Position numbers and translations under genes: made by a program
Shown here: positions 8,393 to 18,966 of the stretch, in pieces
How positions within the stretch are numbered: the stretch's first letter is position 1
How the letters are laid out: each line of letters begins with the position of its first letter
From: Sphingosinicella sp.
GTDB taxonomy: Bacteria; Pseudomonadota; Alphaproteobacteria; Sphingomonadales; Sphingomonadaceae
Assembly (NCBI RefSeq): GCF_041916975.1
Contig: NZ_JAYRYK010000001.1
Coordinates: 1,006,270-1,070,269, forward strand
DNA: 64,000 nucleotides
Reading direction: 5' to 3'
The notes under the pieces: generated by a model
Databases searched by the model: none
The model's input: the letters and a program-made list of their open reading frames with translations, nothing else
Told to the model about the DNA's origin: nothing

Positions 8393-8851
8393 ATGTCGGT
8401 GAAACGGGTTGTCGGAACGCTTGCGATCGTTGTCGCACTCGGCGCGTGCACGCGGATCACCGACCGGCAGGGCTTCCTCGCCGATCAGGAGCTGATCGCC
8501 GCGATCTCGCCGGGCGTGGACAACCGCGCCTCGGTTGAAAAGACGCTGGGCCGCCCGACCTTCGTTTCCAAGTGGGACGAGAACAGCTGGTACTATCTCG
8601 CCCGCACGACGAGCCAGCTCGCCTTCCTGCCATCGAAGCCGACATCGCAGGACATGCTGAAGATCACCTTCGACAGCGCGGGCAACGTCACCGGCGTCAA
8701 CCGCGACCAGACGCTCGCCCAGATCGTTCAGGTGATGCCGTCCGGCGACAAGACGCCGGTCTATGGCCGCGACTCGGGCTTCTTCGAAGACATCTTCGGC
8801 AACATCGGCGCAGTCGGCGCCGTGGCTCCCGGCCCGAGCCGAGACCAGTAA
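8393..8851 (+). CDS. bamE: Outer-membrane assembly lipoprotein BamE (SmpA/OmlA)
   Basis: Lipobox LAIVVALGAC, GF..D...I..I.PG.D....V...LG.P. AGGAG lies 5 nt upstream of ATG 8393. Confidence 0.85.
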   Translation: MSVKRVVGTLAIVVALGACTRITDRQGFLADQELIAAISPGVDNRASVEKTLGRPTFVSKWDENSWYYLARTTSQLAFLPSKPTSQDMLKITFDSAGNVTGVNRDQTLAQIVQVMPSGDKTPVYGRDSGFFEDIFGNIGAVGAVAPGPSRDQ

Positions 8852-8873
8852 GCCGCTCTTCCCGTCCAAGGGT

Positions 8874-8913
8874 AAAAAGAACCCCGCCGGAGCGATCCGG
8901 CGGGGCTTTTTGT
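8874..8913. terminator. Bidirectional rho-independent terminator between convergent bamE and hppA
   Basis: aaaaaga-ccccgccgga-gcga-tccggcgggg-cttttt: a 10-bp GC stem flanked by an A run and a T run. Confidence 0.75.
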
Positions 8914-8931
8914 TCGCGCGGACGCGCGAGA

Positions 8932-11019
8932 TCAGTGCGCGGCGAGGCTCGCGAGGAGGAGCAGCGCCACGATGTTGGTGATCTTGATCATCGGGTTCAC
9001 CGCCGGGCCAGCCGTATCCTTGTACGGATCGCCCACGGTGTCGCCGGTAACCGCAGCCTTGTGGGCTTCGGAGCCTTTGCCGCCGTGATGACCGTCTTCG
9101 ATGTATTTCTTGGCATTGTCCCACGCGCCGCCGCCCGAGGTCATCGAGAGCGCCACGAAGAGACCCGACACGATCACACCGAGGAGCAGCGCACCGAGGG
9201 CAGCGAAGCCCTGCGCCTGGCCCGCGATGGCGGTGATGATGAAGTACACCGCGATCGGCGCCAGCACCGGCAGCAGCGAGGGGATGATCATCTCCTTGAT
9301 CGCCGCCTTGGTGACGAGGTCCACCGTGCGGGCATAATCCGGACGGCTGGTGCCCTCCATGATGCCCTTGTTGGTGGCGAACTGGTCGCGCACGTCCTTC
9401 ACCACGTCGCCCGCCGCGCGGCCGACGGCGGTCATGCCCATCGCACCGAACAGGTACGGGAGCAGCGCGCCGAGCAGCAGACCGACCACGACGTAGGGGT
9501 TCGAGAGGGCGAAATCGACCTGCACGTCCCCGAAGAAGGTATTGAGATCCGCCGTGTAGGCACCGAAGAGCACCAGCGCGGCGAGACCCGCCGAACCAAT
9601 GGCGTAGCCTTTGGTGACCGCCTTGGTGGTGTTGCCGACGGCATCGAGCGCGTCCGTGCGCTGGCGCACGTCCTTGTCGAGGCCCGCCATTTCGGCGATG
9701 CCGCCCGCGTTATCGGTCACCGGCCCGTAAGCGTCGAGCGCCACGACCATACCGGCGAGCGCCAGCATCGCCGTCGCCGCGAAGGCGATGCCGATGTAGC
9801 CGGCGAGCGCATAGCTGCCGAGCATACCCGCACAGATGACGAGCGTGGGCAGCGCGGTGGCTTCAAGGCTGATGGCGAGGCCCTGGATGACGTTGGTACC
9901 GTGGCCGGTTTCAGACGCCTTGGCGATGGACTGCACCGGACGATAGTTCGTGCCCGTGTAATACTCGGTAATCCAGACGATGAGGCCGGTAACGGCAAGG
10001 CCGATCAACATGCAGTAGAAGAGCGCCCGGCCGGTGAAGCCGCCGATCTCCGTATCCATGCCGCCGAGCGCCACGCCGGTGACGTACCAGAGCGCCGGGA
10101 TGGCGAGGATCGCGGAAACCGCGAAGCCCTTGTACATCGCGCCCATGATGTTCTGCGAACCGCCGAGGCGGACGAAGAACGTGCCGATGATCGAGGTGAT
10201 GATGCACACGCCGCCGATGATGAGCGGCAGGCCCATGAGGCCGTAGAGCGCATCGCCGGCCGCAGCACCGACGAGCAGCGCCGTCAGCACCATCGTGGCG
10301 CCGACGGTGACGACGTAGGTTTCGAAAAGGTCGGCAGCCATGCCGGCGCAGTCGCCGACGTTGTCACCAACGTTGTCCGCGATCACGGCGGGGTTGCGGG
10401 GGTCGTCCTCGGGGATGCCCGCCTCGACCTTGCCGACGAGATCGGCACCGACGTCGGCAGCCTTGGTGAAGATGCCGCCGCCGAGACGCGCGAAGATCGA
10501 GATCAGCGAGGCGCCGAACGCGAGCGCGACGAGCGCGTCGATCACGAGCCGGCTATCCGCTGCGTTCCCCGCGATGTTCACGAGGTAGTAGAAGAAGCCC
10601 GCGATCGCGAGAAGCGCGAGACCCGCCACGAGCAGACCCGTCACCGCACCGGCGCGGAATGCCATGGTGAGGCCCTGCTGGAGCCCCGCACGCGCAGCTT
10701 CCGCCGTACGCACATTGGCGCGAACGGAAATGTTCATGCCGATGAACCCGGTGAGGCCCGAAAGCACGGCGCCCAGCACGAAGCCGATGGCCGACGTGAC
10801 CCCCAGAAAATAGCCGACGAGCGCCGCAACGACGACACCGACGATGGCGATGGTACGATACTGGCGGCCGAGATAGGCGGCTGCACCTTCCTGAATAGCG
10901 CCCGCGATTTCCTGCATCTTGGCATTGCCCGGCGAGGCGCTTGTTACGCTCTTCGTGGTGACAATGCCGTAGAGCACGGCCGCGAGGCCGCACACTATGG
11001 CGACAACAACAACGTCCAT
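8932..11019 (-). CDS. hppA: Membrane-bound proton-translocating pyrophosphatase
   Basis: 695 aa polytopic protein with [33 protein letters not shown] and [15 protein letters not shown] motifs. Confidence 0.95.
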   Translation of the reverse strand: MDVVVVAIVCGLAAVLYGIVTTKSVTSASPGNAKMQEIAGAIQEGAAAYLGRQYRTIAIVGVVVAALVGYFLGVTSAIGFVLGAVLSGLTGFIGMNISVRANVRTAEAARAGLQQGLTMAFRAGAVTGLLVAGLALLAIAGFFYYLVNIAGNAADSRLVIDALVALAFGASLISIFARLGGGIFTKAADVGADLVGKVEAGIPEDDPRNPAVIADNVGDNVGDCAGMAADLFETYVVTVGATMVLTALLVGAAAGDALYGLMGLPLIIGGVCIITSIIGTFFVRLGGSQNIMGAMYKGFAVSAILAIPALWYVTGVALGGMDTEIGGFTGRALFYCMLIGLAVTGLIVWITEYYTGTNYRPVQSIAKASETGHGTNVIQGLAISLEATALPTLVICAGMLGSYALAGYIGIAFAATAMLALAGMVVALDAYGPVTDNAGGIAEMAGLDKDVRQRTDALDAVGNTTKAVTKGYAIGSAGLAALVLFGAYTADLNTFFGDVQVDFALSNPYVVVGLLLGALLPYLFGAMGMTAVGRAAGDVVKDVRDQFATNKGIMEGTSRPDYARTVDLVTKAAIKEMIIPSLLPVLAPIAVYFIITAIAGQAQGFAALGALLLGVIVSGLFVALSMTSGGGAWDNAKKYIEDGHHGGKGSEAHKAAVTGDTVGDPYKDTAGPAVNPMIKITNIVALLLLASLAAH

Positions 11020-11141
11020 GAACGAACCCCTGCTGCTCGCCTTACCCGCCCTTGCCAGGCAGGCAGGCGCGTTTCCCCAAGTTTGACTTTATGTCGGGGC
11101 GGAGCATTGCAAATGGAATCGCAACAGGCAAGCCGCGGATT

Positions 11142-11576
11142 TCAGACAGGAACCGCCGTTAGAATGCGGACCTGCCGGACGTTTGACGCGCCGAGCGCGG
11201 AGCGTGCCGCAACGAGCAGCGCCGCACGCATCGCTTCGATGTCGAGCCGGTCGGCGTTTTCGGCAACGAGACTGGACTGCCACGCCGCTGTGTTCACCGC
11301 ATGGCGCACCTCCGGCACCCGGTCGCGAACCCAGGCGCGGCGGGTGCGCGGCACCTCCAGCGTGAACGCGACGACGACATAGCCTTGCGGGCCGGACGCA
11401 CCCATTATCGGCAGCGTCATGCGCTCTAGAGGGACATAGGCGATATCCGACGCCTCCGCCGTTTGCCGACGGACGTTTTCGCCGCCGAGCACGCTCGCGG
11501 TGACAAGCACGCCGAGCAGCGCGCCGGCGAAACCCACAAGCAGCGTGCGCCTTCCCTGCCGCGCTTCATGCCCCAT
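11142..11576 (-). CDS. Hypothetical membrane-anchored protein, FliL-like pattern
   Basis: One N-terminal TM (LLVGFAGALLGVLVTASVLG), then YVPLERMTLPI...YVVVAFTLEV...VPEVRHAV...., resembling the FliL family layout. The start (11576 or 11582) overlaps the thiL stop. Confidence 0.45.
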   Translation of the reverse strand: MGHEARQGRRTLLVGFAGALLGVLVTASVLGGENVRRQTAEASDIAYVPLERMTLPIMGASGPQGYVVVAFTLEVPRTRRAWVRDRVPEVRHAVNTAAWQSSLVAENADRLDIEAMRAALLVAARSALGASNVRQVRILTAVPV

Positions 11577-12522
11577 GTTCATACCCCAGACGCGGCACCG
11601 ACACGGGCGCACCGCCCTCGCCGATCACCGAAAACCCCTCGCCAGCCTCCACACGGCCGACGCGCGTGAGCCTAAGGCGCGTGGCTTCTGAAAGCGTTAA
11701 GAGCGCGGCGCGGCTTTCCGGCGGCGCGGCGATCAACAATTCGTAGTCGTCTCCCGCAGTCGCCGCGGCGAGCCTGCCCGTATCGCCCGGCGCGAGGCGC
11801 GCGGCGGCGGCTTCCGAGAGCGGGACATCGGCTAGCGCGATCTCGATACGCACGCCCGAGGCCTTCGCCATGCGCGAGGCATCGATGAGGAGGCCGTCCG
11901 ACACGTCCATCGCCGCGTGTGCGCCCGCGCCTGCAAGCCCCTGCCCCATCGCAAGACGCGGGACGGGCAAGCGGTAGCGGCGGAGTAGCGCCGGATCGGC
12001 GGGCGCTTCGCCGCGCGCGATGGCAAGGCCGAGTCCAGCGTCGCCGATCGTGCCCGTGACATAAAGATCGTCACCCGGCTTCGCGCCCATGCGCGACAGC
12101 GATTGTCCGCGCGGCACGTGGCCGATGGCTGTGCAGCCGAGAACGGCGGATGCGGCGCCGGTCGCCGTGTCGCCGCCGAAGAGGGCGGTGCCGTGTTCGG
12201 CGAGCACGCGGGCGAGGCCCGATGCAAAGCGTTCGAGCCACGCGTCATCCGGTCGCGCGAGGCCGAGACCGATAAGCACGCCTGCAGGCTCGGCGCCCTT
12301 GGCGGCGAGATCGGAGAGGTTCACGGCGACGAGCTTCCACGCGATGTCGGAAGGATCATCCGTGCCGAGATAGTGGACGCCCTCGGCGATCACGTCGTGG
12401 GTAAGCACGAGTTCGCGACCCATCGGCGGCGACCACACCGCCGCATCGTCGGCAAGGCCGCGTGCTGCGGGGTGCGTCGCGATCGGACGCAGCAGCCGTT
12501 CGATGATTTCGCCTTCGCGCAT
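11566..12522 (-). CDS. thiL: Thiamine-monophosphate kinase
   Basis: 318 aa. GEIIERL..., GLADDAAV, LVLTHDVIAEGVHY, AVNLSDLAAKGA, GGDT. Confidence 0.92.
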   Translation of the reverse strand: MREGEIIERLLRPIATHPAARGLADDAAVWSPPMGRELVLTHDVIAEGVHYLGTDDPSDIAWKLVAVNLSDLAAKGAEPAGVLIGLGLARPDDAWLERFASGLARVLAEHGTALFGGDTATGAASAVLGCTAIGHVPRGQSLSRMGAKPGDDLYVTGTIGDAGLGLAIARGEAPADPALLRRYRLPVPRLAMGQGLAGAGAHAAMDVSDGLLIDASRMAKASGVRIEIALADVPLSEAAAARLAPGDTGRLAAATAGDDYELLIAAPPESRAALLTLSEATRLRLTRVGRVEAGEGFSVIGEGGAPVSVPRLGYEHGA

Positions 12523-12545
12523 TCCGCCTTGGTAGCGCGGGCGCG

Positions 12546-13019
12546 CTATTCGCGCACGTCCTTCGCGATGCGATCGAGCAGGCCGTTCACGAAACCGGCT
12601 TCGCGTGCCTCGTAAAACGCCTTCGCGACATCGACATATTCGCTGATCGCGGCTGCGCGCGGCACGTCGAGACGGGCGACGAGTTCATAGACGCCGCATC
12701 GCAAAATCTGGCGCATCGGCCGGTCGAGCCGGTCGAGTGTCCAGCCTTCGGCGAGCGCGCCCGCGATGCGCTCGTCGATCTCCGCCTCTCGCGCGGCAAC
12801 GCCGGAGACGAGATCATCGAAGAAGTCCGCGTCGGCGGGAGCGAAGGCCGCATCCTCGATGGTGCGGCCGAGGCGGTGTTCATGGAATTCGCGCAGCAGC
12901 TTGGGGATCGTGTCGCCCGACATCTCGCGCTGATACAGCGCCTGAACGGCGGCGAGACGCGCCGTCGCGCGGGACGGTCTTTGCGGTTTCGTCTTGGGGG
13001 AGGAGGTCTTGGAGGACAT
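12546..13019 (-). CDS. nusB: Transcription antitermination factor NusB
   Basis: 157 aa. RLAAVQALYQ, ILRCGVYEL, EYVDVAKAF, FVNGLLDRIAK. Confidence 0.93.
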   Translation of the reverse strand: MSSKTSSPKTKPQRPSRATARLAAVQALYQREMSGDTIPKLLREFHEHRLGRTIEDAAFAPADADFFDDLVSGVAAREAEIDERIAGALAEGWTLDRLDRPMRQILRCGVYELVARLDVPRAAAISEYVDVAKAFYEAREAGFVNGLLDRIAKDVRE

Positions 13020-13069
13020 GGCGCGCTATGTAGAGCCGCAGCCTTCGAAACCCAAGCACCAAAGACGTG

Positions 13070-13489
13070 TCACCCAAAACGGCTCTTGAGTTCGAGGAGC
13101 GTGAGCGCCGCCTTCGCCGCCTCGCCGCCCTTGTCCTTCTGCTTCGGATCGGCGCGGACGAGTGCCTGCGCCTCGTTCTCGACGGTGAGGATGCCATTGC
13201 CCACGGCGAGACCATCCATCGTCAGCGCCATCAGGCCGCGCGCGCTTTCGCCCGCCACGATCTCGAAGTGATACGTCTCGCCGCGAATGACGACGCCGAT
13301 GCCGACGAACGCGTCATAGCGACCGGATTCGGCCGCGAGCGCGATGGCACCCGGGATTTCGAGCGCACCGGGAACGGTGATCGTTTCGTGGCTGTGGCCC
13401 GCATCCTCGATCGCGGCGCGCGTACCGGCGAGCAGCATGTCGTTGAGGTGCGCATAGAAACGGGCTTCGACGATGAGGACGCGTGCCAT
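13070..13489 (-). CDS. ribH: 6,7-dimethyl-8-ribityllumazine synthase
   Basis: [10 protein letters not shown]...VPGALEIP...[21 protein letters not shown] 13489 is preceded by GGAAAGG. Confidence 0.93.
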   Translation of the reverse strand: MARVLIVEARFYAHLNDMLLAGTRAAIEDAGHSHETITVPGALEIPGAIALAAESGRYDAFVGIGVVIRGETYHFEIVAGESARGLMALTMDGLAVGNGILTVENEAQALVRADPKQKDKGGEAAKAALTLLELKSRFG

Positions 13490-13508
13490 GGCCGGCCTTT
13501 CCGTAATC

Positions 13509-14780
<1,272 letters not shown>

Positions 14781-14793
14781 GGCGGAACTGCGT

Positions 14794-14811
14794 ATCACAT
14801 TAAAATGTGAT
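14794..14811. promoter_or_regulatory. AT-rich inverted repeat ATCACATT-AA-AATGTGAT between ribE and ribB
   Basis: Perfect 8-bp arms with a 2-bp spacer, 14 nt upstream of ATG 14780, in an otherwise GC-rich 60-nt spacer. Confidence 0.35.
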
Positions 14812-14840
14812 CGCAATACCCATTTGTCACAGGCCTGTGT

Positions 14841-15443
14841 TCAGGCGGCGACGTCACGCATTCGGCCGATGTAGCGGGCGAGCACATCAATCTCGATGTT
14901 CACCGCGTCCCCGGCGTCGGCACCGCCGAACGTGGTGTGCGCCGCGCTGTGCGGGATCAGATTGAACGAGAGGACAATGCCTTCCGCCGTGTCCTCCACC
15001 GTGTTCACGGTGAGCGAGACGCCGTCGAGCGCGACCGAACCCTTGGGCGCGATGAACGCGGCGACGCTCTTCGGAGCGGCGATGCGGAACGTTTGGCTGT
15101 CGCCGACTGCCGCAATCGATTCGACACGGCCGACGGCATCCACATGGCCGGTGACGATATGGCCGCCGAGTTCGTCGCCGACCTTCAGCGCGCGTTCCAG
15201 GTTGAGCCGTGCGCCCTGCTGCCAGCGCGATGCGGCGGTTTTCGAGAGGGTTTCGGCGGACACGTCAACGGCGAACCAATCTGCGCCCTTGTCCACCACG
15301 GTGAGGCAGACGCCCGAACAGGCAATGGAGGCACCCATGTCGACGCCCGCCATGTCGTAGCCGCAGGCGATGGTGAGCCGCGTGTCGCCGCGCGCTTCAA
15401 CGCGGGTGACGGTGCCGATGTCGGTGATGATGCCGGTGAACAT
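14841..15443 (-). CDS. ribE: Riboflavin synthase (alpha chain)
   Basis: MFTGIITDIGTV..., internal duplication (GASIACSGVCLTV / KGSVALDGVSLTV), GGHIVTGHVD. Confidence 0.93.
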   Translation of the reverse strand: MFTGIITDIGTVTRVEARGDTRLTIACGYDMAGVDMGASIACSGVCLTVVDKGADWFAVDVSAETLSKTAASRWQQGARLNLERALKVGDELGGHIVTGHVDAVGRVESIAAVGDSQTFRIAAPKSVAAFIAPKGSVALDGVSLTVNTVEDTAEGIVLSFNLIPHSAAHTTFGGADAGDAVNIEIDVLARYIGRMRDVAA

Positions 15444-15453
15444 GGCGCCCCCT

Positions 15454-16446
15454 CTAGCGCGTCCGCGCGTAGACTTCGAGTCGGTCGTTGCCGAACGTGC
15501 GCGTTTCGACGAGCCGCCAGCGGCCGTGCGCATCGGACAGGCGTTCGAGGCCGATGCGGCCCGCGCCGGGCGCACCGTCGCCGATCACGATGGGCGCGCG
15601 GTAGACGAGCATCCGGTCGACGAGATCGGCGGCAAGCAGCGTGCTCGCCGTTGCCGGGCCGCCCTCCACGAATACATCGTTCACCGCGAGGCCGCACAGA
15701 TCATCGACCGAGGCCAGCAGCAGCGGATCGCGCGCAGCGAGCTTCGCTGACGCCGGAATCGCATCGAGTGTCGCGCTGAGCACGGCGGGCCGCGGGCTGC
15801 GATCCTGAAGCCCCGGCAGGCGCACATCGAGCGAGGGATCATCGGCTTCGAGCGTGCCGCGCCCGACGAGGATCACGTCTGCAAGTGCGCGCTGGAGATG
15901 AACGTGGGCGCGCGCCTCGGGGCCTGTGATCCACTGGCTCTCGCCGCCGGGCATCGACACGCGGCCATCAATGGACATGGCGAGCTTGAGCGTGATGCAA
16001 GGCCGTCCGCGCTCCATGCGCGAGAAGAATCCCGCCATCGCAGCGCGCGCCATCGCTTCGCCAGTCCCGACCGTGACGGCGATACCCGCATCCCTGAGCC
16101 GGGCCGTGCCCTGCCCCGCCGTGCGCGGATCGGGATCGAGCACGGCGATGTGAACGGCGGAAACGCCATACGCGGCGATGAGATCAGCACAGGCCGGGCC
16201 GCGCGCGCTGACATGCGCGCAGGGTTCGAGACTGACGTAAAGCTCCGCGCCCCGCGCCGCTTCGCCCGCGATCTCCAGCGCGACCGCCTCGGCATGGGGG
16301 CGTCCGCCCGGCTGGGTCCAGCCGCGCGCAATCACCGTGCCATCCTTCACGATGAGGCAGCCGACATTGGGATTGGGCGCAGTGCGGCCGAGACCGCGGT
16401 GCGAGAGGCGAACGGCGGCCTCCATCAGCCGCGCCGCCTCGCTCAT
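15454..16446 (-). CDS. ribD: Bifunctional diaminohydroxyphosphoribosylaminopyrimidine deaminase / 5-amino-6-(5-phosphoribosylamino)uracil reductase
   Basis: Deaminase zinc motif HAEAVAL...SLEPCAH, followed by a reductase domain (ITLKLAMSIDG, GESQWITG, VFVEGG). Confidence 0.93.
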   Translation of the reverse strand: MSEAARLMEAAVRLSHRGLGRTAPNPNVGCLIVKDGTVIARGWTQPGGRPHAEAVALEIAGEAARGAELYVSLEPCAHVSARGPACADLIAAYGVSAVHIAVLDPDPRTAGQGTARLRDAGIAVTVGTGEAMARAAMAGFFSRMERGRPCITLKLAMSIDGRVSMPGGESQWITGPEARAHVHLQRALADVILVGRGTLEADDPSLDVRLPGLQDRSPRPAVLSATLDAIPASAKLAARDPLLLASVDDLCGLAVNDVFVEGGPATASTLLAADLVDRMLVYRAPIVIGDGAPGAGRIGLERLSDAHGRWRLVETRTFGNDRLEVYARTR

Positions 16447-16805
16447 TCGCTTGCCGGCTCTTTGGCGCTTGCCGGCTCTTTGGTTTCAGGCGGGGCTGCA
16501 GCCGCAGGTGCCGCTTTCTCCGCATTGATATCGAGCTGTGCGGCGATCGCGTCCGCCTGTTCCTGCATCAGCCGCTCTTCCTCTTCCTGCTCCGCGAGCG
16601 CATCGGCGCGCGAGCGGCCGTCCTCCCAGTTCTTGAAGTAGGCGATGATCGGATCGGGCGGCAGGTAGCCGAAGCGGTTCTCGATCAGGAACGTGAACAT
16701 GATGATGAAGGTCATCAGCACCGAAAGGCTGCCGATGACCCACTGCCGCCGTTCGACAGCGGCGATACGTGCGCGGATGCGTCCGAAAATGGTGGCGTTG
16801 CTCAT
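16443..16805 (-). CDS. Hypothetical single-pass membrane protein with an acidic coiled tail
   Basis: The stop overlaps the ribD ATG (ATGA). TM segment WVIGSLSVLMTFIIMFTFLI. The C-terminus has a KEPASAKEPASE tandem repeat. No family recognised. Confidence 0.5.
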   Translation of the reverse strand: MSNATIFGRIRARIAAVERRQWVIGSLSVLMTFIIMFTFLIENRFGYLPPDPIIAYFKNWEDGRSRADALAEQEEEERLMQEQADAIAAQLDINAEKAAPAAAAPPETKEPASAKEPASE

Positions 16806-16860
16806 GCGGGGCCACAGATAGGGTTTCGAACGCACCCGCGCCAGTGCCTGCGTTATGCCT

Positions 16861-17502
16861 TTACGGGTTCAGCACGAATGTCACCGTGATCTGGTGACGG
16901 CTCTGGACCGCGACACCATCGCGCGTGGCGGGCCGGAAGCGCCAAGCCGACAGCGCCTGCCGGACCGCCGCGCTATCGAGCCGCTCATAACCGCTCGATC
17001 GCATCACTTCGGCATCGGCGACGCGACCATCGGTGCCGACGAGCACGCTGACGACGACGCTCCCCGCCTCGCCCGCGCGGCGCGCGGCCGATGGATACGC
17101 GGGCTGGAAACGGTCCCGGTAGCGCGGATCGATGCTTGCCGCGACGAGCACCGGATCTGCGGCCTGCGTCTGCCCGGCCAGTCCGACAACATCCGGAACA
17201 CGCGGCAGAATGGGCGTTGGATCATCGCGCACGATCGGCGCCTGCGGCGCATCCACGACGAGGACCGGTTCGACGACGGTGATGTCCACGCTGTCTTTGA
17301 TTGCGGGCAACGGCGGCGTTTCAGGCTTTGCAGGCTCGACTTTCTCGATCCAGATCGGCGCCTCTGGGCGAATGATGTTCGGAACCTTGACGATACCCGT
17401 GGCGGTGAGCGCCACATAACCGAGGACGAGATGAACGGCTGCGGTGACGAGAATGCCGCTGCTGTCTCGCAGGGCTCGGCGGGTCGGGAACGCTGACTTC
17501 AT
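16861..17502 (-). CDS. TonB-family energy transducer
   Basis: N-terminal TM, Pro-rich spacer, C-terminal domain YPSAARRAGEAGSVVVSVLVGTDGRVADAEVMRSSGYERLDSAAVRQAL..WRFRPA. Confidence 0.8.
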   Translation of the reverse strand: MKSAFPTRRALRDSSGILVTAAVHLVLGYVALTATGIVKVPNIIRPEAPIWIEKVEPAKPETPPLPAIKDSVDITVVEPVLVVDAPQAPIVRDDPTPILPRVPDVVGLAGQTQAADPVLVAASIDPRYRDRFQPAYPSAARRAGEAGSVVVSVLVGTDGRVADAEVMRSSGYERLDSAAVRQALSAWRFRPATRDGVAVQSRHQITVTFVLNP

Positions 17503-17587
17503 CGAACGGCTCCATCCCAAGGGAGGGCGCCCCATGCGTTGCCGAACGGCAGCGCCGCTCCACCACCGGCAACATGCCGGCCAGCGT

Positions 17588-17600
17588 GTTATACTATAAC
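17588..17600. promoter_or_regulatory. AT-rich palindrome GTTATA-C-TATAAC upstream of the tonB-like gene
   Basis: Perfect 6-bp arms, 86-98 nt upstream of ATG 17502, in the gltX-tonB spacer. Confidence 0.2.
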
Positions 17601-17637
17601 AACCCCGCCTCTGCCGAGCAGATCATTCGCGCCGCGC

Positions 17638-18966
17638 TCAGTTGGTACGGGCGCGTAACCGTTCGAGGGCGCGGTCACGACCGATCAGGAGCAGCAGCCC
17701 CGCCATCTCGGGGCCGTGATCGCGGCCCGTGAGCGCGCGGCGGAGCGGCAGGAACAGATCTTTGCCCTTGCGGGCGGTCGCCGCCTTGAGCGCGCCGGTG
17801 AGCGCGGACCAGATACCGGGCTCCCACGGGAGCGATTCGAGCGTTTCGGCGGCAAGGGCGAGGTAGTCATCCTCACCAGCGAGCGGCTCCACCGGGCCTT
17901 CGATCACCTGCCACCAGTCGGCGGCATCTGCGACGGTTTCGAGATTGGGACGCAACACCGCCCACGCCGCGGCATCCATGCCCGGCGGCAGGCGATCTGC
18001 GACAGCATCGTAATCGAGCTGATGCAGGATGCGCGCGTTGAGCTGGCGCAGCTCCGCCTCGTCGAAACGCGCGGCGGAGCGGCCGAAGTGCGCGAAATCG
18101 AAATATTCGACGAGCGGATCGAGACTCGTGACCGGCTCGACGGAATCGGACGTGCCGAGGCGGGCGAGCAGCGCGGCGATGGCGACGGGTTCGATGCCCG
18201 CCTCCCGGAAATGCGCCATGCCTGCCGAGCCGAGACGCTTCGAGAGCGCACCCTCGGTGCCGGTGATCAGCGCCTCGTGCGCGAAAGCCGGCGGCTGTGC
18301 GCCGAGCGCTTCGAACATCTGAATCTGCACGCCCGAATTGGTGACGTGATCCTCGCCGCGGATGACGTGGGTGACGCCCATGTCGATATCGTCGATCACG
18401 GAAGGCAGCATGTAGAGATAGGAGCCGTCGGCGCGGCGCACGACGGGATCGCTGAGCGAGGCGGGATCGATGTGCGAGTCGCCGCGGATGAGATCCTGCC
18501 AATGGACGTGCGCGCCCGTATCGAGGCGGAAGCGCCAGTGCGGCCGTTCGCCTGTTGTGCGCTTCGCCGCGATCTCATCGGGTGTGAGATTCAGCGCAGC
18601 GCGATCGTAAACGGGCGGCAAGCCGCGCGAGAGCTGGATCTTGCGACGAACCTCAAGCTCCTCGGCGGTCTCAAAGCAGGGATAGATGCGCTCGGCCGCG
18701 ACGAGCGTTTCGAATTGTTCGTTGTAACGCGCGAGCCGGTCTGACTGGCGGTATTCGGCATCGGGCACGAGGCCGAGCCATGCGAGATCGGCGCGGATGG
18801 CGTCTGCATATTCAGCACGCGACCGCTCCGTATCCGTATCGTCGAGACGCAGGAGGAAACGCCCGCCGTGCTTCTTCGCGAACAGCCAGTTGTGGAGCGC
18901 GGTGCGGACGTTGCCGACATGGAGATAGCCCGTCGGAGACGGGGCGAAACGGGTGGTGAGGGTCAT
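17638..18966 (-). CDS. gltX: Glutamate--tRNA ligase (short form, 442 aa)
   Basis: MTLTTRFAPSPTGYLHVGNVRTAL (HIGH motif) and a GALSKRLGS KMSKS-like motif. ATG 18966 overlaps the nadE stop (ATGA). The 742-aa track ORF is an upstream read-through. Confidence 0.9.
   Translation of the reverse strand: MTLTTRFAPSPTGYLHVGNVRTALHNWLFAKKHGGRFLLRLDDTDTERSRAEYADAIRADLAWLGLVPDAEYRQSDRLARYNEQFETLVAAERIYPCFETAEELEVRRKIQLSRGLPPVYDRAALNLTPDEIAAKRTTGERPHWRFRLDTGAHVHWQDLIRGDSHIDPASLSDPVVRRADGSYLYMLPSVIDDIDMGVTHVIRGEDHVTNSGVQIQMFEALGAQPPAFAHEALITGTEGALSKRLGSAGMAHFREAGIEPVAIAALLARLGTSDSVEPVTSLDPLVEYFDFAHFGRSAARFDEAELRQLNARILHQLDYDAVADRLPPGMDAAAWAVLRPNLETVADAADWWQVIEGPVEPLAGEDDYLALAAETLESLPWEPGIWSALTGALKAATARKGKDLFLPLRRALTGRDHGPEMAGLLLLIGRDRALERLRARTN

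Noticed and set aside
8572-11382. 936-aa plus-strand ORF
   Set aside because: It is antisense to the H+-pyrophosphatase gene. It has a low-complexity Arg/Asp/Glu/His-rich translation and no motifs.
16449-16484. 18-bp tandem duplication (gcttgccggctctttggc, two copies)
   Set aside because: It lies inside a coding region and simply encodes KEPASAKEPASE. It is not a CRISPR or regulatory repeat.
14781-16860. Search for an FMN riboswitch in the rib operon spacers (14781-14840, 15444-15453, 16806-16860)
   Set aside because: The spacers are at most 60 nt, too short for an RFN element of about 140 nt. I saw no conserved RFN core sequence.
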